A stretch of 64,000 nucleotides of DNA from Thermoproteota archaeon (GTDB lineage: Archaea > Asgardarchaeota > Njordarchaeia > Njordarchaeales > Panguiarchaeaceae). The notes under the pieces were generated by a model. That model saw nothing but the letters and a program-made list of their open reading frames with translations, searched no databases and was not told the origin of the DNA. Of the stretch, positions 63,280 to 64,000 are shown piece by piece (position 1 is the stretch's first letter; each line of letters starts with the position of its first letter). The position numbers and the translations under genes are program-made. Where the stretch lies: contig JANJXX010000001.1 in the NCBI GenBank assembly GCA_024720975.1, positions 345,839 to 409,838 on the forward strand, written 5' to 3'.

Positions 63280-63693
63280 TTGAAGTTGTCGGTAGATCAA
63301 CAGGCATTCCTTACATTGAGAAAACTTGGAATCCAAGCAATAGGTATTATTGAATTCGATGAAGTCTACGGACCAATGCCAAAATTTATACACTCTCAAC
63401 ATGCGAAACTTGTGAGGAGAATCCTGCAGGATCAATTATTCTCTATGAAGCTATCAGTTCTCTCTAAGTATGCTTCGGAGGCCACATTAGCCGATGATCT
63501 GAGGGTAATAATCGAAACCTTCAGAAGCTCCGGTGATAATAGAGCAAAGATTAATTTCATAGTAGCGCAAGTCTCAGAAGAGGCCGACTATGCAAGAGTA
63601 CGAGCACTTTTACGCGATATTTCCAAGAGGTTGAGCACAGCCGAAAGGATTGATAAGGAGAGCCTGGAGCGCATCCTATGTGAAGCACTATAG
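63280..63693 (+). CDS. Longin/uDENN-like small protein
   Basis: IGIIEFDEVYGP motif followed by helix, three strands, two helices. Confidence 0.55.
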   Translation: MKLSVDQQAFLTLRKLGIQAIGIIEFDEVYGPMPKFIHSQHAKLVRRILQDQLFSMKLSVLSKYASEATLADDLRVIIETFRSSGDNRAKINFIVAQVSEEADYARVRALLRDISKRLSTAERIDKESLERILCEAL

Positions 63694-64000
63694 CTTACTC
63701 CTAATTTGCTTTATTAACTCAAACATTTTAGTGTAGTCCGTTATTCTTAGTTTAACCCTTTTGCCTTTCATCATCAGATCCCATATCTTCGTTATTTCCC
63801 CTAGTTGATCAGTTAAATTTGAAAGATCTGGTCTTACTCTCTTTAGATGTTCAAGTATTCTATCCCATTCGGTTTCAGTTGTGCCAGTCTTGAGTTTTAT
63901 AGCTTGCTTGAGGTCACCCACGATAATCTTAAATGCTTCCTCGAGACCACCTTTATACATATACCAGAGATACCTACCATAGTATGGAGGAATTCCTTCT
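63688..64000 (-). CDS. Hypothetical protein, 3' part (frame open to window edge)
   Basis: No in-frame stop between ATG 63960 and base 64000 (EGIPPYYGRYLWY-MYK...). Confidence 0.6.
   Translation of the reverse strand, partial: EGIPPYYGRYLWYMYKGGLEEAFKIIVGDLKQAIKLKTGTTETEWDRILEHLKRVRPDLSNLTDQLGEITKIWDLMMKGKRVKLRITDYTKMFELIKQIRSKL

Overview
Archaeal core-genome window. The coding DNA is AT-rich, the structural RNAs are very GC-rich (typical of a thermophile), and many genes start with GTG/TTG after a GGTG Shine-Dalgarno site. FtsZ, eL38, a ribophorin-I-like protein, a small GTPase-roadblock fusion and a longin-like protein point to an Asgard-related or deep TACK lineage such as Njordarchaeia; this is inference only. 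The window holds about 63 CDS, mostly for translation, tRNA/rRNA modification, replication and cofactor metabolism. It also holds a 23S rRNA (+) and a 16S rRNA (-) arranged tail-to-tail around tRNA-Ala(UGC), a tRNA-Lys(UUU) with a non-canonical intron, two box C/D and two H/ACA-like guide RNAs. No CRISPR array or mobile element was seen. Main observation: tRNA-Ala has A3-U70 instead of the near-universal G3:U70 identity pair, and the AlaRS in the same window has lost the Asp that reads G3 (LYDxxG -> LYLNYG), suggesting a co-evolved, G:U-independent alanylation system. The rRNAs also carry substitutions, several of them compensatory, at normally invariant positions of the decoding centre, central pseudoknot and peptidyl-transferase region. 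All family assignments and E. coli-equivalent numbering were made by eye, without database searches.
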